DNA of 64,000 nt from Acidobacteriaceae bacterium (GTDB taxonomy: Bacteria; Acidobacteriota; Terriglobia; Terriglobales; Acidobacteriaceae), in the NCBI GenBank assembly GCA_003160215.1, contig PLQW01000093.1:40540-104539 (forward strand). The letters are read 5' to 3'. Made by a program: the position numbers and the translations under genes. Shown one piece after another: positions 1 through 8,912 of this stretch. Below the pieces are notes generated by a model that did no database searches, was not told the DNA's origin, and saw only the letters and a program-made list of their open reading frames with translations. The first letter of the stretch is position 1, and each line of letters opens with the position of its first letter.

Positions 1-276
1 CAGACCAAACAAACCCAGCAGTTTAAACTGCACGGCCCAGGGAAACAGGAAGATTGTCTCCACGTCGAAGACCACAAACAGAATGGCAACGATATAAAAA
101 CGGACCGTGTAACGGCCCCGTGCGCTGTCGAAGGGCGTGATGCCGCACTCGTAGGGCATCAGCTTGGTCTTGAATGGGTTACTGGGGCGGACGAGGTAGA
201 AGATGGCAAGCGTCCCGGCCGCCACCAGAAACGCCAGGAAGGCGAAAATGAACATCGGTACATAGTTCTGCGGCAT
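1..276 (-). CDS. nuoA: NADH-quinone oxidoreductase subunit A, second copy (first 92 codons; gene continues off the left edge)
   Basis: Hand translation of the reverse strand from ATG 276..274 gives MPQNYVPMFIFAFLAFLVAAGTLAIFYLVRPSNPFKTKLMPYECGITPFDSARGRYTVRFYIVAILFVVFDVETIFLFPWAV... The PYECG and FDVE..FLFPWA motifs are NuoA/ND3 hallmarks and parallel the nuoA at 42408. It is absent from the ORF track, which lists no ORF in this frame; no in-frame stop was found before the left window edge. Confidence 0.85.
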   Translation of the reverse strand, partial: MPQNYVPMFIFAFLAFLVAAGTLAIFYLVRPSNPFKTKLMPYECGITPFDSARGRYTVRFYIVAILFVVFDVETIFLFPWAVQFKLLGLFGL

Positions 277-381
277 AAAGTGCTGTCTCGATGGTCGCAC
301 CGAAGCGCGATCCGGATATTAACGAACGCGCTACTATACCGCCTCGCGGGGGCGAGATTCAATGACATGCGTCACAAAAGC

Positions 382-420
382 CGCTTTTCGCTGCTCGCTA
401 TTCGCTGTTCGCTGTTCGGC
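382..420. repeat. 7-nt tandem array (cgctttt cgctgct cgctatt cgctgtt cgctgtt cggc)
   Basis: Read directly. Its reverse complement (gaacagcgaacagcgaatagcg) belongs to the word family that precedes nuoF and nuoG (45153..45212, 46805..46878). Here it lies about 110 nt upstream of the second nuoA on the minus strand. Confidence 0.8.
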
Positions 421-713
421 TCATAGACACTGCAAGATCACTTCTTCGCTTATTCTGAAGGAGTGGTTCCCTGAGATGAAGTAGTGTAGCCCATCTGTCA
501 ATTATGGCGTTTTCAGAATTGCTGTGGCCCGGGGAGAGCCGGCCTTTCAGTCAGCCGCCCAGCGGTACCAGCGGCGGGAAGGATAGAGAACCCGCATTTG
601 GCGCAGGCTGCACAAGTCCTGATGCCTCCATAATAGTTGACGACTGAGCCACTGAATCTTGTAGGATTGCCAATTCCGCACATGGTGAACCCACACTTTG
701 GAAGGCCGGCCGA

Positions 714-1421
714 ATGCTGATCATCCCCACGTACAACGAAAGGGGGAATATCGCGGTCCTCGTCGCCAGAATCCGAAAAGCCGTTGGAGAGGAGCCGATT
801 TTTTTTGTGGACGACAATTCTCCCGACGGCACGGCCGATGAGATCCGCCGCATTCAGGAGAACGACAGTCACATTCACCTAATGGCACGTCCGGGCAAAG
901 GCGGCTACGGATCGGCGTGCCGCGACGCGATGAAAGAAATCCTGACCAAGGACCTCGCCAGCTACGTGATACAGTCCGACGCCGACTTGTCGCACCCTCC
1001 CGAATTGCTACCGCGCATGATCGAGCTGCTCAAGGTGTGTCCCGTGGTGATTGGTTCACGTTATGTCGCGGGCGGTGGCGCGAAAAACTGGAGTTTCTCC
1101 CGGCGATTTCTCAGCTTTGGCGCAAATCTTTATGCCCGGACCCTTACTGGAGTACCGGTGCACGATATGACCGCAGGTTTTGTCGGATACCAGGCTGCCG
1201 TCCTCAGAGGCATCGATCTGGACCACATTCGCTCTGAGGGATACGCCTTCCTGATGGAAATGAAATTCAGCCTGCACCGGCGCGGAACACGTTTTTGCGA
1301 ATTCCCAATCATTTTTTCCGAACGCGAATCCGGCAAATCCAAGTTCAGCCGGAAGATCTTGTTCGAAGGAATCCGATTCCCGCTCAAGGCGTTCGCGCGG
1401 AGGTTCGCTGGAAAATCGTAG
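714..1421 (+). CDS. GT2-family polyprenyl-phosphate mannosyl/glucosyl-transferase (Dpm1/Ppm1-like)
   Basis: 235-aa ORF with LIIPTYNERGNI, FVDDNSPDGT and QSDADLSHPP motifs typical of GT2 dolichyl/polyprenyl-phosphate glycosyltransferases. GGAAGG lies 8 nt upstream of the ATG. There is no in-frame alternative start back to the stop at 645. Confidence 0.8.
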   Translation: MLIIPTYNERGNIAVLVARIRKAVGEEPIFFVDDNSPDGTADEIRRIQENDSHIHLMARPGKGGYGSACRDAMKEILTKDLASYVIQSDADLSHPPELLPRMIELLKVCPVVIGSRYVAGGGAKNWSFSRRFLSFGANLYARTLTGVPVHDMTAGFVGYQAAVLRGIDLDHIRSEGYAFLMEMKFSLHRRGTRFCEFPIIFSERESGKSKFSRKILFEGIRFPLKAFARRFAGKS

Positions 1422-1798
1422 ATCTCCCGGCTTTCAACCTAAAGGTACGCCCCTTCGAAACACCGGCTGAAACCTACTTTTTCGGCAGCCTCTGAAGCCT
1501 TGCCCCTGCAAAACTTGCTGGTTTCCGATGGCGAAACAGATGGATAAACCAGGTAAAGCGCCGCTCTCACCCTCTCCGACGCAGCCCGTGTCGTCTGAAA
1601 CCGGCGCTGGACAAGAGATGGCCGCGGGACTCGGGAAAATCGGGCTCACAAAACTTCTTGACAAACTTCGCGTGGGCAGCAATCATCCCGTCACCGAAGA
1701 AATCATAAAGTCGCCCCTGGGGCAAACTGCTATCTTGGCAACATACATGGTGCAACCAGACGACTAACACGTCGCTGGCAAGCTGGGAGAATAGTGTT

Positions 1799-2851
1799 TT
1801 GAGCTTGAATCTGGGACCCGGAAAATTGTTTCGCACCGCTTCCGCCTGGCTCTGCATTGGAATGACGGAAGCGGCTTTTGCGCAGGCGGGGGCAGCGCCC
1901 GGGTCGGCAAGCATATTTTCACCGGCGTCGACGCCGGCCGACTCCATCTACCATTTGTCGTTGTTTGTGCTGGCGATCTGCGGGGCGATCTTTCTCGCGG
2001 TGTTCAGTCTGCTGGTGTACTCGGTGGTGAAGTTCCGGCGGCGCGCCGGCGACGATGGGCGCGAGCCGCCGCAGATCTATGGCAGCAATCAGATGGAGCT
2101 GGCCTGGACGGTGATCCCGGTGTTGATTGTGGTGGTGCTGTTTCTGGCCTCGGCGCGGGTCATTCATGCGGTGGAGGATGCGCGCTTCCCGGCGGGCACG
2201 ACGGAAGTCACGGTCGTGGGTCATCAGTTCTGGTGGGAATTTCAGTATCCGCAGCAGGGCTTCATCGCGGCCAACGAGCTGCACGTTCCGGTCAGCGATC
2301 CGCAGCATCCCACGCCCACTCACCTCACGCTGCTGTCGGCCGATACCGATCACAGCTTCTGGGTGCCGAGGCTGGCCGGCAAGACCGACCTGATTCCCAA
2401 CCGCACCAACAACATGTGGATCGATCCGCATGAAACCGGAGTTTACGTTGGCCAGTGCGCGCAATATTGCGGCACCCAGCACGCCAAGATGCTATTGCGG
2501 GTGATCGTGCAATCGCGCGCGGATTTTGAGCGCTGGGTGGTGGAGCAGCGGCAACCGGCGCAGCCGCCGGGCGACAGCGTGGCCAAAGGCCGCCAGGTTT
2601 TCGAGACGACGGCCTGTGTCAACTGCCATACCGTAGCGGGCACCAACGCCAATGGAAAGTTTGGCCCCGATCTGACTCACCTGATGAGCCGGGAGACGAT
2701 TGCGGCCGGGGCGGCGTTGAACAACCGGGAGAACCTGCGGCAATGGGTGCAGGACCCGGACAGCTTCAAGCCGGGAGCGCTGATGCCGGCCATGCAACTG
2801 GATGAACACGATCTGGATGCCGTCACCGACTATCTCGTGACACTGAAATAG
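1799..2851 (+). CDS. coxB: cytochrome c oxidase subunit II with fused C-terminal cytochrome c domain (caa3 type)
   Basis: 350 aa with a signal-like N-terminus, two TM helices, the CuA motif CAQYCGTQHAKM and a C-terminal CVNCH haem-c site. TTG start preceded by GGGAGA. Confidence 0.93.
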   Translation: MSLNLGPGKLFRTASAWLCIGMTEAAFAQAGAAPGSASIFSPASTPADSIYHLSLFVLAICGAIFLAVFSLLVYSVVKFRRRAGDDGREPPQIYGSNQMELAWTVIPVLIVVVLFLASARVIHAVEDARFPAGTTEVTVVGHQFWWEFQYPQQGFIAANELHVPVSDPQHPTPTHLTLLSADTDHSFWVPRLAGKTDLIPNRTNNMWIDPHETGVYVGQCAQYCGTQHAKMLLRVIVQSRADFERWVVEQRQPAQPPGDSVAKGRQVFETTACVNCHTVAGTNANGKFGPDLTHLMSRETIAAGAALNNRENLRQWVQDPDSFKPGALMPAMQLDEHDLDAVTDYLVTLK

Positions 2852-2868
2852 AACTGGGGAACCGAACG

Positions 2869-4557
2869 ATGTGGGATGCTGAACCGATTTCGAAACCGCT
2901 GGCGGTGCCGCCCGTGCGCGACGCCGTCCAGCCGCTGTTTGACCGGGTGCATGGCTGGATCACGACCGTCGATCATAAGCGGCTGGGCATCCTCTACATC
3001 GTGTACGCGCTGTTTTTTTTGGTGATCGGCGGGATCGAAGCCTCGATCATGCGCCTGCAGTTGATACGACCGCATAACGATTTCGTCTCGCCGCAGGTTT
3101 TCAACCGGATGTTCACCATGCATGGGACGACGATGATTTTCTTCGTCGCTATGCCGGTGATGTTCGGCTTCATCAATTACGCGATTCCGCTGATGATTGG
3201 AGCGCGCGACATGGCGTTCCCGCGCTTGAACGCGTGGGGATTCTGGATGACCGCTTTCGGTGGCATCATCCTGTACTTCAGCTTTCTGGGAGGCAGCGGA
3301 CTGTACGGCGCCGGCAGTACTCCGGACGTGGGTTGGTTCGCCTACGCGCCGCTGACCTCGCCATCGTTCTCGGTGGGACACAGCACCGACTACTGGATCA
3401 TCGGACTGCTGATCAGCGGCTTCGGCAGCATCGCCACGGCGATCAACATCCTGACCACGATTTTCTGCCTGCGCTGTCCGGGGATGACCCTGGGTAAGAT
3501 GCCGCTGTTTGCCTGGATGAACATGGTGACCGCTGGATTGGTGGTGCTGGCCCTGGGGCCGCTGACCGCCGCCCAGCTTATGCTGCTGATCGATCGCTAC
3601 CTGGGCGGCCACTTCTTTGACACCCAAGCCGGCGGATCGGCCATCATCTGGATGCACTTCTTCTGGGTTTTCGGCCATCCCGAAGTCTATGTCCTGGTGA
3701 TGCCGGCTTTCGCGTTCGTGTCCGAGATCATTCCGGTTTTTTCGCGCAAAGCCATCTTCGGCTATCCCATCATGGTAGGGGCCACGATCTCGATTGGCTT
3801 CATCAGCATGAGCGTGTGGGCCCACCATATGTTCACGGTCGGCATGACCTCGTACGGCAACGCCTTCTTCGTGGCTTCCACTATGGCGATTGCGGTGCCG
3901 ACGGGAATCAAGATATTCAATTGGCTGGGCACCATGTGGGGCGGCAAGCTGATATTCAAGACGCCGATGCTTTTCTGCGTGGCGTTCTTGTTTCAGTTTC
4001 TCATCGCCGGTCTGACTGGGGTCATGCTGAGCGTGGCGCCATTCAATTGGCAGCTGGGCGGGTCGTACTTCGTGGTGGCCCACTTCCACTATGTCATCGT
4101 GGGCGGGATTCTGTTTGCCCTGTTTGGCGCTTTCTACTATTGGTTCCCCAAGATGTCGGGCCGGATGTACAACGAGAAGCTCGGCAAGCTGCACTTCTGG
4201 GTGTTCCTCATTGGCTTCCACCTGACATTCGACTTTATGCACATTCCCGGCATCCTGGGCATGCCCCGTCGCATTTACACGTACGAGCCGGGGCGCGGCT
4301 GGGATACCTGGAATCTCATCATCACTATCGGTGTGCTCTTTCAAGCCGTCGGCATTTTGATTTTTGTCTACAACCTGGTCTCGTCGTACTTCAAGGGCAA
4401 GCTGGCGGGCGACGATCCCTGGGACGCGTGGACACTGGAGTGGAGTACCAGCTCCCCGCCGCCCGATTACAACTTCGCCACGATTCCTGTGGTGCGAAGC
4501 CGTCGTCCGTTGTGGGACTTGAAACATCCCGAAGATCCTGACTGGAAGTACGAGTAA
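2869..4557 (+). CDS. ctaD: cytochrome c oxidase subunit I
   Basis: 562 aa, polytopic. Contains the haem-copper oxidase signatures WVFGHPEVYVLVMPAF, WAHHMFTVG and VVAHFHYVIVGG. Confidence 0.97.
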   Translation: MWDAEPISKPLAVPPVRDAVQPLFDRVHGWITTVDHKRLGILYIVYALFFLVIGGIEASIMRLQLIRPHNDFVSPQVFNRMFTMHGTTMIFFVAMPVMFGFINYAIPLMIGARDMAFPRLNAWGFWMTAFGGIILYFSFLGGSGLYGAGSTPDVGWFAYAPLTSPSFSVGHSTDYWIIGLLISGFGSIATAINILTTIFCLRCPGMTLGKMPLFAWMNMVTAGLVVLALGPLTAAQLMLLIDRYLGGHFFDTQAGGSAIIWMHFFWVFGHPEVYVLVMPAFAFVSEIIPVFSRKAIFGYPIMVGATISIGFISMSVWAHHMFTVGMTSYGNAFFVASTMAIAVPTGIKIFNWLGTMWGGKLIFKTPMLFCVAFLFQFLIAGLTGVMLSVAPFNWQLGGSYFVVAHFHYVIVGGILFALFGAFYYWFPKMSGRMYNEKLGKLHFWVFLIGFHLTFDFMHIPGILGMPRRIYTYEPGRGWDTWNLIITIGVLFQAVGILIFVYNLVSSYFKGKLAGDDPWDAWTLEWSTSSPPPDYNFATIPVVRSRRPLWDLKHPEDPDWKYE

Positions 4558-4616
4558 CAGCCGAGGCCACCCGCCATGGCGGGCGGTTTTGCGTCGAGGA
4601 AAAAGGAGACTCTCGC

Positions 4617-5213
4617 TTGGCAGCTACGACCATCGCGGTACCGCAACCCGAAATGCCGCTCTCGCACGAATTGCGCGGACGGGTGGGCATGTGGTGTCTG
4701 ATTGTCGCCGAGTCGGCGATCTTCAGCATCTTCGTGGTGGCGTACTTGTACTACGCGGGCAAGAGTATCAGCGGGCCGACGCCACGCGAAGTTCTTCATG
4801 TACCGTATTTCAACTCCATCTGTTTGTTCTCCAGCAGCTTCACGATCGTGATGGCGGAGCATGCCATCGCGCGTGGCAAGACCCGGCTGTTCGGGATCTG
4901 GTGGCTGCTGACCATTGTCCTGGGTGCGATCTTCATCCTGGGTACGGCACGCGAGTGGTACGGGCTGATCTACCGGGATGGACTGACCATCAGCTCCAGC
5001 CTGTTTGGAACCACGTTCTACTCGCTGGTGGGATTGCACGCCTTCCACGTGCTGGTGGGGCTGACCGGGCTGTCCATTATCCTGGCCTTCACCGCTCTGG
5101 GATACGTGAAGCAGGAGCACGCGGAACGGATCGGGGTCTTTGCCATGTATTGGCACTTCGTGGACGCCATCTGGGTGGTGGTGCTTTCGGTGGTGTACTT
5201 TATCACCCGCTGA
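4617..5213 (+). CDS. ctaE: cytochrome c oxidase subunit III
   Basis: 198 aa, 5 predicted TM helices, with FYSLVGLHAFHVLVG and WHFVDAIWVVV motifs. TTG start with AAGGAG 9 nt upstream. Confidence 0.9.
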   Translation: MAATTIAVPQPEMPLSHELRGRVGMWCLIVAESAIFSIFVVAYLYYAGKSISGPTPREVLHVPYFNSICLFSSSFTIVMAEHAIARGKTRLFGIWWLLTIVLGAIFILGTAREWYGLIYRDGLTISSSLFGTTFYSLVGLHAFHVLVGLTGLSIILAFTALGYVKQEHAERIGVFAMYWHFVDAIWVVVLSVVYFITR

Positions 5214-5250
5214 GTGGGACGGAAGGAAAAGCGAAGAGGCAAGCAAGAGC

Positions 5251-6117
5251 ATGCATATGCAAGAACCGCAGATCGGCAATGCCGAGCCCACCGACGTCAT
5301 GCTGCCCGCACCGACGGCGTGGCCGTTTACCCTGGCGCTGGGGTTGGCGTTGATTTTTGCCGGGATGCTGACCAACGTGTCGATCAGCATCCTGGGCGCT
5401 GTGTTGTATCTGTCCGGTGCGGTAGGATGGTTCCGCGAGGTACTTCCGCATGAACGTCACGTGCGGGTGCCTGCCGAGCCTGAAGCGGAGACAGGAACAG
5501 TTCCAGCCCGCGAAGTAATGCGCTTGCCGGTGGCGCAGCAGGTGCAACGCGCCTGGCTGCCCTTGAAGATCTATCCCATCTCCGCCGGAGTGAAGGGTGG
5601 ACTGGCCGGTGGTATCGCCATGGCGGTGCTGGCCATGCTCTACGGAGTCGTTTTCTTCCATAGCCTGTGGTATCCGATCAACTTGATCGCGGGCAGTCTG
5701 TACGACGCACCCGCGATTCCCACCACCGAAGCGCTGCTGCACTTCCGGCTGGGATGGTTCGTATTCGCGCTGGCCATGCACATCACCATGTGTCTGCTGG
5801 TGGGACTGCTGTATGGCGCGATGCTGCCCATGTTGCCCACCCGCCCGATTGTTCTGGGAGGGATCATCGGGCCATTGCTATGGACGGGATTGCTGTATCA
5901 CGTTCTGGGTTACATCAATCCCTTGCTGGACCAGCAGATCAACTGGTACTGGTTTGCGTTATCGCAGGTGGCCTTCGGAGTGGTGGCCGGGTTGGTGGTG
6001 GTGCGCCAGAACAAAGTGTGGACGTCAGAGAATCTGCCGCTGGCCATGCGCGCCGGCATTGAATCGCCCGGCATCGTCGATGAGCATGAGCACGACGGCG
6101 AGGACACTCGCCGATGA
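5251..6117 (+). CDS. integral membrane protein of unknown function, embedded in the oxidase/bc cluster
   Basis: The ORF track frame opens at 5140 and overlaps ctaE. The first ATG after the ctaE stop is 5251 (MHMQEPQIG...) with GAAGAGG upstream. The protein has about 7 hydrophobic segments. Its stop overlaps the next start (ATGA at 6114). I recognise no family motif. Confidence 0.6.
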   Translation: MHMQEPQIGNAEPTDVMLPAPTAWPFTLALGLALIFAGMLTNVSISILGAVLYLSGAVGWFREVLPHERHVRVPAEPEAETGTVPAREVMRLPVAQQVQRAWLPLKIYPISAGVKGGLAGGIAMAVLAMLYGVVFFHSLWYPINLIAGSLYDAPAIPTTEALLHFRLGWFVFALAMHITMCLLVGLLYGAMLPMLPTRPIVLGGIIGPLLWTGLLYHVLGYINPLLDQQINWYWFALSQVAFGVVAGLVVVRQNKVWTSENLPLAMRAGIESPGIVDEHEHDGEDTRR

Positions 6118-6863
6118 AGCATCGTTTCGCATTGCTGGCGTTGATGCTGGCCGCGCTGTTGGCGCTCGCGGGTTGTTCGCTGAGAGGCAAGCCCGGTCCG
6201 GGTCCCGAGGTGCCGCGCCCGGATTCCGTGCTGGACCCAGTCGTGCTCTATCGCGAGAACTGCTCGGCTTGCCATGGCGCCGAGGGCAAGCATGGACCGG
6301 CCATGACGCTGGGCGATCCGGTTTATTTGGCGATCGTTGACGATGACGTGCTGCGCACCACGATTTCTAAGGGCCGGACGGGGACAGCGATGTCAGCCTT
6401 CGCGCAGAAGGAAGGCGGCATGCTGACCGCGCAACAGATCGACGCCATCATTCACGGCATCCGCCAGCGCTGGAGCCAGCCCAACGTCTTGAGTGGGGTG
6501 GTAGCTCCGCCGTACGCGGCCAAAGCGCCGGGTAATCCGCAGCCGGGCCAGGCGGTCTACAACACGTTCTGCGCTTCCTGCCACGGCAACGGCAACCAGG
6601 GCGGATCCAAGGCGGGCTCGGTCACCAATGGCGCCTATCTCAGCCTGATCAGCGACCAGGGACTGCGCACCCTGGTCATCGCCGGCCGACCCGACTTCAA
6701 CGCCCCGGACTGGCGCAGCAATGTTCCCGGACACCCCATGAGCGATCAGGAAATTTCCGATGTGGTGGCCTGGCTGGCGGCGCAGCGTCGCCAGCCGTCA
6801 CCCGTACCGTATACCGCGAACCCATCTTCTACCGCGAACTCTTCGCCCGGAGGTGTGCATTGA
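6114..6863 (+). CDS. dihaem cytochrome c lipoprotein
   Basis: 249 aa with a lipoprotein signal ending LLALAGC and two haem-c sites (CSACH, CASCH), each followed downstream by a Met-containing region. Translationally coupled on both sides. Confidence 0.85.
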   Translation: MKHRFALLALMLAALLALAGCSLRGKPGPGPEVPRPDSVLDPVVLYRENCSACHGAEGKHGPAMTLGDPVYLAIVDDDVLRTTISKGRTGTAMSAFAQKEGGMLTAQQIDAIIHGIRQRWSQPNVLSGVVAPPYAAKAPGNPQPGQAVYNTFCASCHGNGNQGGSKAGSVTNGAYLSLISDQGLRTLVIAGRPDFNAPDWRSNVPGHPMSDQEISDVVAWLAAQRRQPSPVPYTANPSSTANSSPGGVH

Positions 6864-7435
6864 GCGAGGCGCCCACCCACGCCCCCCAGCCTGACAGCAA
6901 GGCTGAGATTTCACGCCGCGACCTGTTCGCCAAAATCGGCATGATGTTGAACGGCCTCGCCGTCGTGGTGCTGGCCACGCCGGTCGTAGGTTATCTGTTG
7001 GCGCCGATCTTGCGCGGAGAGCGCGGCCAGTACCAACGGTGGGTATCACTGGGAGATCTCGATGAATTCCCCGAAGGCCAAACCCGCCTGGCCCAGTTTC
7101 GCAACCCCATCTCCAATGCTTGGGACGGCGATACCGACAAGATTCCCTGCTGGGTACGCCGCCTGACGGGCGAGCAGTTTCAGGTGTTCGCCATTAATTG
7201 CGCTCACTTGGGTTGCCCCGTCCGCTGGTTCCCGCAATCCGGCTTGTTCATGTGCCCCTGTCACGGTGGAGTGTATTACCAGGACGGCTCCCGCGCTTCC
7301 GGACCGCCTCCGCGCGGCCTGTTCCAGTATTCCTACAAAGTCGAGGACGGCAAGTTGATGATTGAAGCGGGACAGATTCCCACCTTGTCGACGACCGCGA
7401 GCTTGCAGACGAGGAGCGGTGGATGTCAAGGCTAA
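6860..7435 (+). CDS. Rieske [2Fe-2S] protein of a cytochrome bc-type complex
   Basis: 191 aa with a Tat-like SRRDLF followed by a TM anchor and the Rieske boxes CAHLGCPV and CPCHGG. TTG start overlaps the upstream stop, and GGAGG lies 6 nt upstream. Confidence 0.9.
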   Translation: MSEAPTHAPQPDSKAEISRRDLFAKIGMMLNGLAVVVLATPVVGYLLAPILRGERGQYQRWVSLGDLDEFPEGQTRLAQFRNPISNAWDGDTDKIPCWVRRLTGEQFQVFAINCAHLGCPVRWFPQSGLFMCPCHGGVYYQDGSRASGPPPRGLFQYSYKVEDGKLMIEAGQIPTLSTTASLQTRSGGCQG

Positions 7436-8907
7436 AGCAGATCGGAAACTGGTTTGAGCAGCGCCTGCAGATCGCGGGCGTGATCCGCGAGACGGCCACG
7501 CATCCGGTGCCCCGCCAGTCGGCGAGCTGGTGGTATGTCTTCGGCAGCGCCGCGCTGACCATCTTCATCCTGCAGGTCTTCACCGGCATCATGCTGGCGC
7601 TGATCTACGTGCCTTCGGCCGGCGAAGCCTGGAACAGCCTGCAATATCTCAACCACGATGTCACCCTGGGATGGTTCCTGCGCGGAGTGCACGGCTGGGG
7701 CTCCAACTTCATGGTCGCGGTGGTGCTCATCCACATGGCGCAGGTGTTCCTGTTTGGCGCCTACAAGTTTCCCCGCGAGCTGACCTGGATCCTCGGTGTG
7801 TTTCTGCTGCTGATGACCCTGGGTATGGCCTTCACCGGCCAGGTCCTGCGCTTCGACCAGGATGCCTATTGGGGCCTCGGCATCGGGGTCGCCATCATGG
7901 GCCGCGTTCCTATTCTCGGGGCCAGTCTGGTGCATCTGCTGCTGGGCGGTCCCATCATCGCCGGCGACACGCTGTCGCGATTCTTCGCCCTGCACGTGTT
8001 CGTGATTCCCGGCCTGCTCATCGGGTTCGTCTCCTTGCACCTGCTCATGGTGCTGAAGCTGGGCATCAACGAATGGCCCATGCCCGGACGCATCGTCCGC
8101 CGCTCCACTTATGTTCAGGAATACCATGAGATGGCGCACCGCGACGGCGTTCCCTTCGTGCCCGACGCAGTATGGAAAGACATGTTCTTTTCCGCCGCCA
8201 TCATCGTCAGCGTGATGGCCTGTGCCGCCTACTTCGGACCGTTTGGTCCCAGCGGCTATCCCGACCCCACCATCGTCCAGACCATTCCCAAACCCGACTT
8301 CTTCTTCCTGTGGATCTATGCCATGCTGGCCTTGCTGCCTCCACAGATGGAAACAGCCATCCTGCTCATCGCCCCGGTGGTCGTTCTGGGCTTCCTGATT
8401 CTGTTGCCCTTCCTGTCGGGCGAGGGAGAGAAGAGCTGGAAGCGGCGGCCCATTGCCGTGGTCACGGTGCTGCTGATCGCGGTGGCTCTGGGAACCTTCA
8501 CCAAACTGGCCACCTATTCGCCCTGGAGTCCCGTGATGGACGGCTGGAGCGGTGACCCAGTGCCCGTGGAGTATCTCAACGGGCGATCGCCGCTGGAGCG
8601 GCAAGGCGCGCTGGTCTTTCAGGTGAAGCAGTGCCGCAACTGCCATTCCATCGGCGACTCCGGCGGCAAGCGCGGACCCGCCCTAGATACGATCGCCACC
8701 ACTCTAACCCGTGACCAACTAGTACGGCAGGTCATCCAAGGCGGCGGCAACATGCCCGCCTACGGCAAGAACCTGAACCCGGCGGAAGTGACTGCTTTGG
8801 TTTCCTTCCTGGAAACCCTGCATCTCCCCGGTCGCCCGCCCGCCCGCGATGCCGCCCAAGCCACCGTCACCAAGCAAGAAAATTCTCCCCCTGCCAGCAA
8901 TCGCTGA
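7423..8907 (+). CDS. cytochrome b (b6 plus subunit-IV-like parts fused) with a C-terminal monohaem cytochrome c domain
   Basis: 494 aa. The N-terminal cytochrome b helices carry conserved His residues (GVHGWGSNFMVAVVLIHM, FFALHVFVIPG..SLHLLMV). A PDFFFLWIY segment sits in the position of the PEWY motif. The C-terminus carries CRNCH. GAGGAG lies upstream, and the gene overlaps the Rieske gene by 13 nt. Confidence 0.9.
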   Translation: MSRLKQIGNWFEQRLQIAGVIRETATHPVPRQSASWWYVFGSAALTIFILQVFTGIMLALIYVPSAGEAWNSLQYLNHDVTLGWFLRGVHGWGSNFMVAVVLIHMAQVFLFGAYKFPRELTWILGVFLLLMTLGMAFTGQVLRFDQDAYWGLGIGVAIMGRVPILGASLVHLLLGGPIIAGDTLSRFFALHVFVIPGLLIGFVSLHLLMVLKLGINEWPMPGRIVRRSTYVQEYHEMAHRDGVPFVPDAVWKDMFFSAAIIVSVMACAAYFGPFGPSGYPDPTIVQTIPKPDFFFLWIYAMLALLPPQMETAILLIAPVVVLGFLILLPFLSGEGEKSWKRRPIAVVTVLLIAVALGTFTKLATYSPWSPVMDGWSGDPVPVEYLNGRSPLERQGALVFQVKQCRNCHSIGDSGGKRGPALDTIATTLTRDQLVRQVIQGGGNMPAYGKNLNPAEVTALVSFLETLHLPGRPPARDAAQATVTKQENSPPASNR

Positions 8908-8912
8908 GGGTC

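Noticed and set aside
1528-1767. 79-aa plus-strand ORF upstream of coxB
   Set aside because: It has no recognisable motif, signal peptide or RBS, and a Pro/Ser/Gly-rich composition. It may be real but cannot be supported from the sequence alone.
2830-4527. 565-aa minus-strand ORF, and similar long antisense ORFs at 7432..8646, 10689..11798, 33403..34083, 36827..38200, 45161..46702, 47409..48494, 50905..51807 and 55135..56427
   Set aside because: Each lies exactly opposite a gene with unmistakable family motifs (ctaD, cyt b, decahaem, RND pump, OMF, nuoF/G/J/N). Their translations are R/H/G/Q/D-rich low-complexity strings typical of shadow ORFs in GC-rich DNA.
4569-4590. Short GC hairpin plus TTTT between ctaD and ctaE (cccgcc-at-ggcggg cgg tttt)
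   Set aside because: The loop is only 2 nt and the site is inside an obviously co-transcribed oxidase operon. It is at most a weak attenuator and is not supportable as a terminator.
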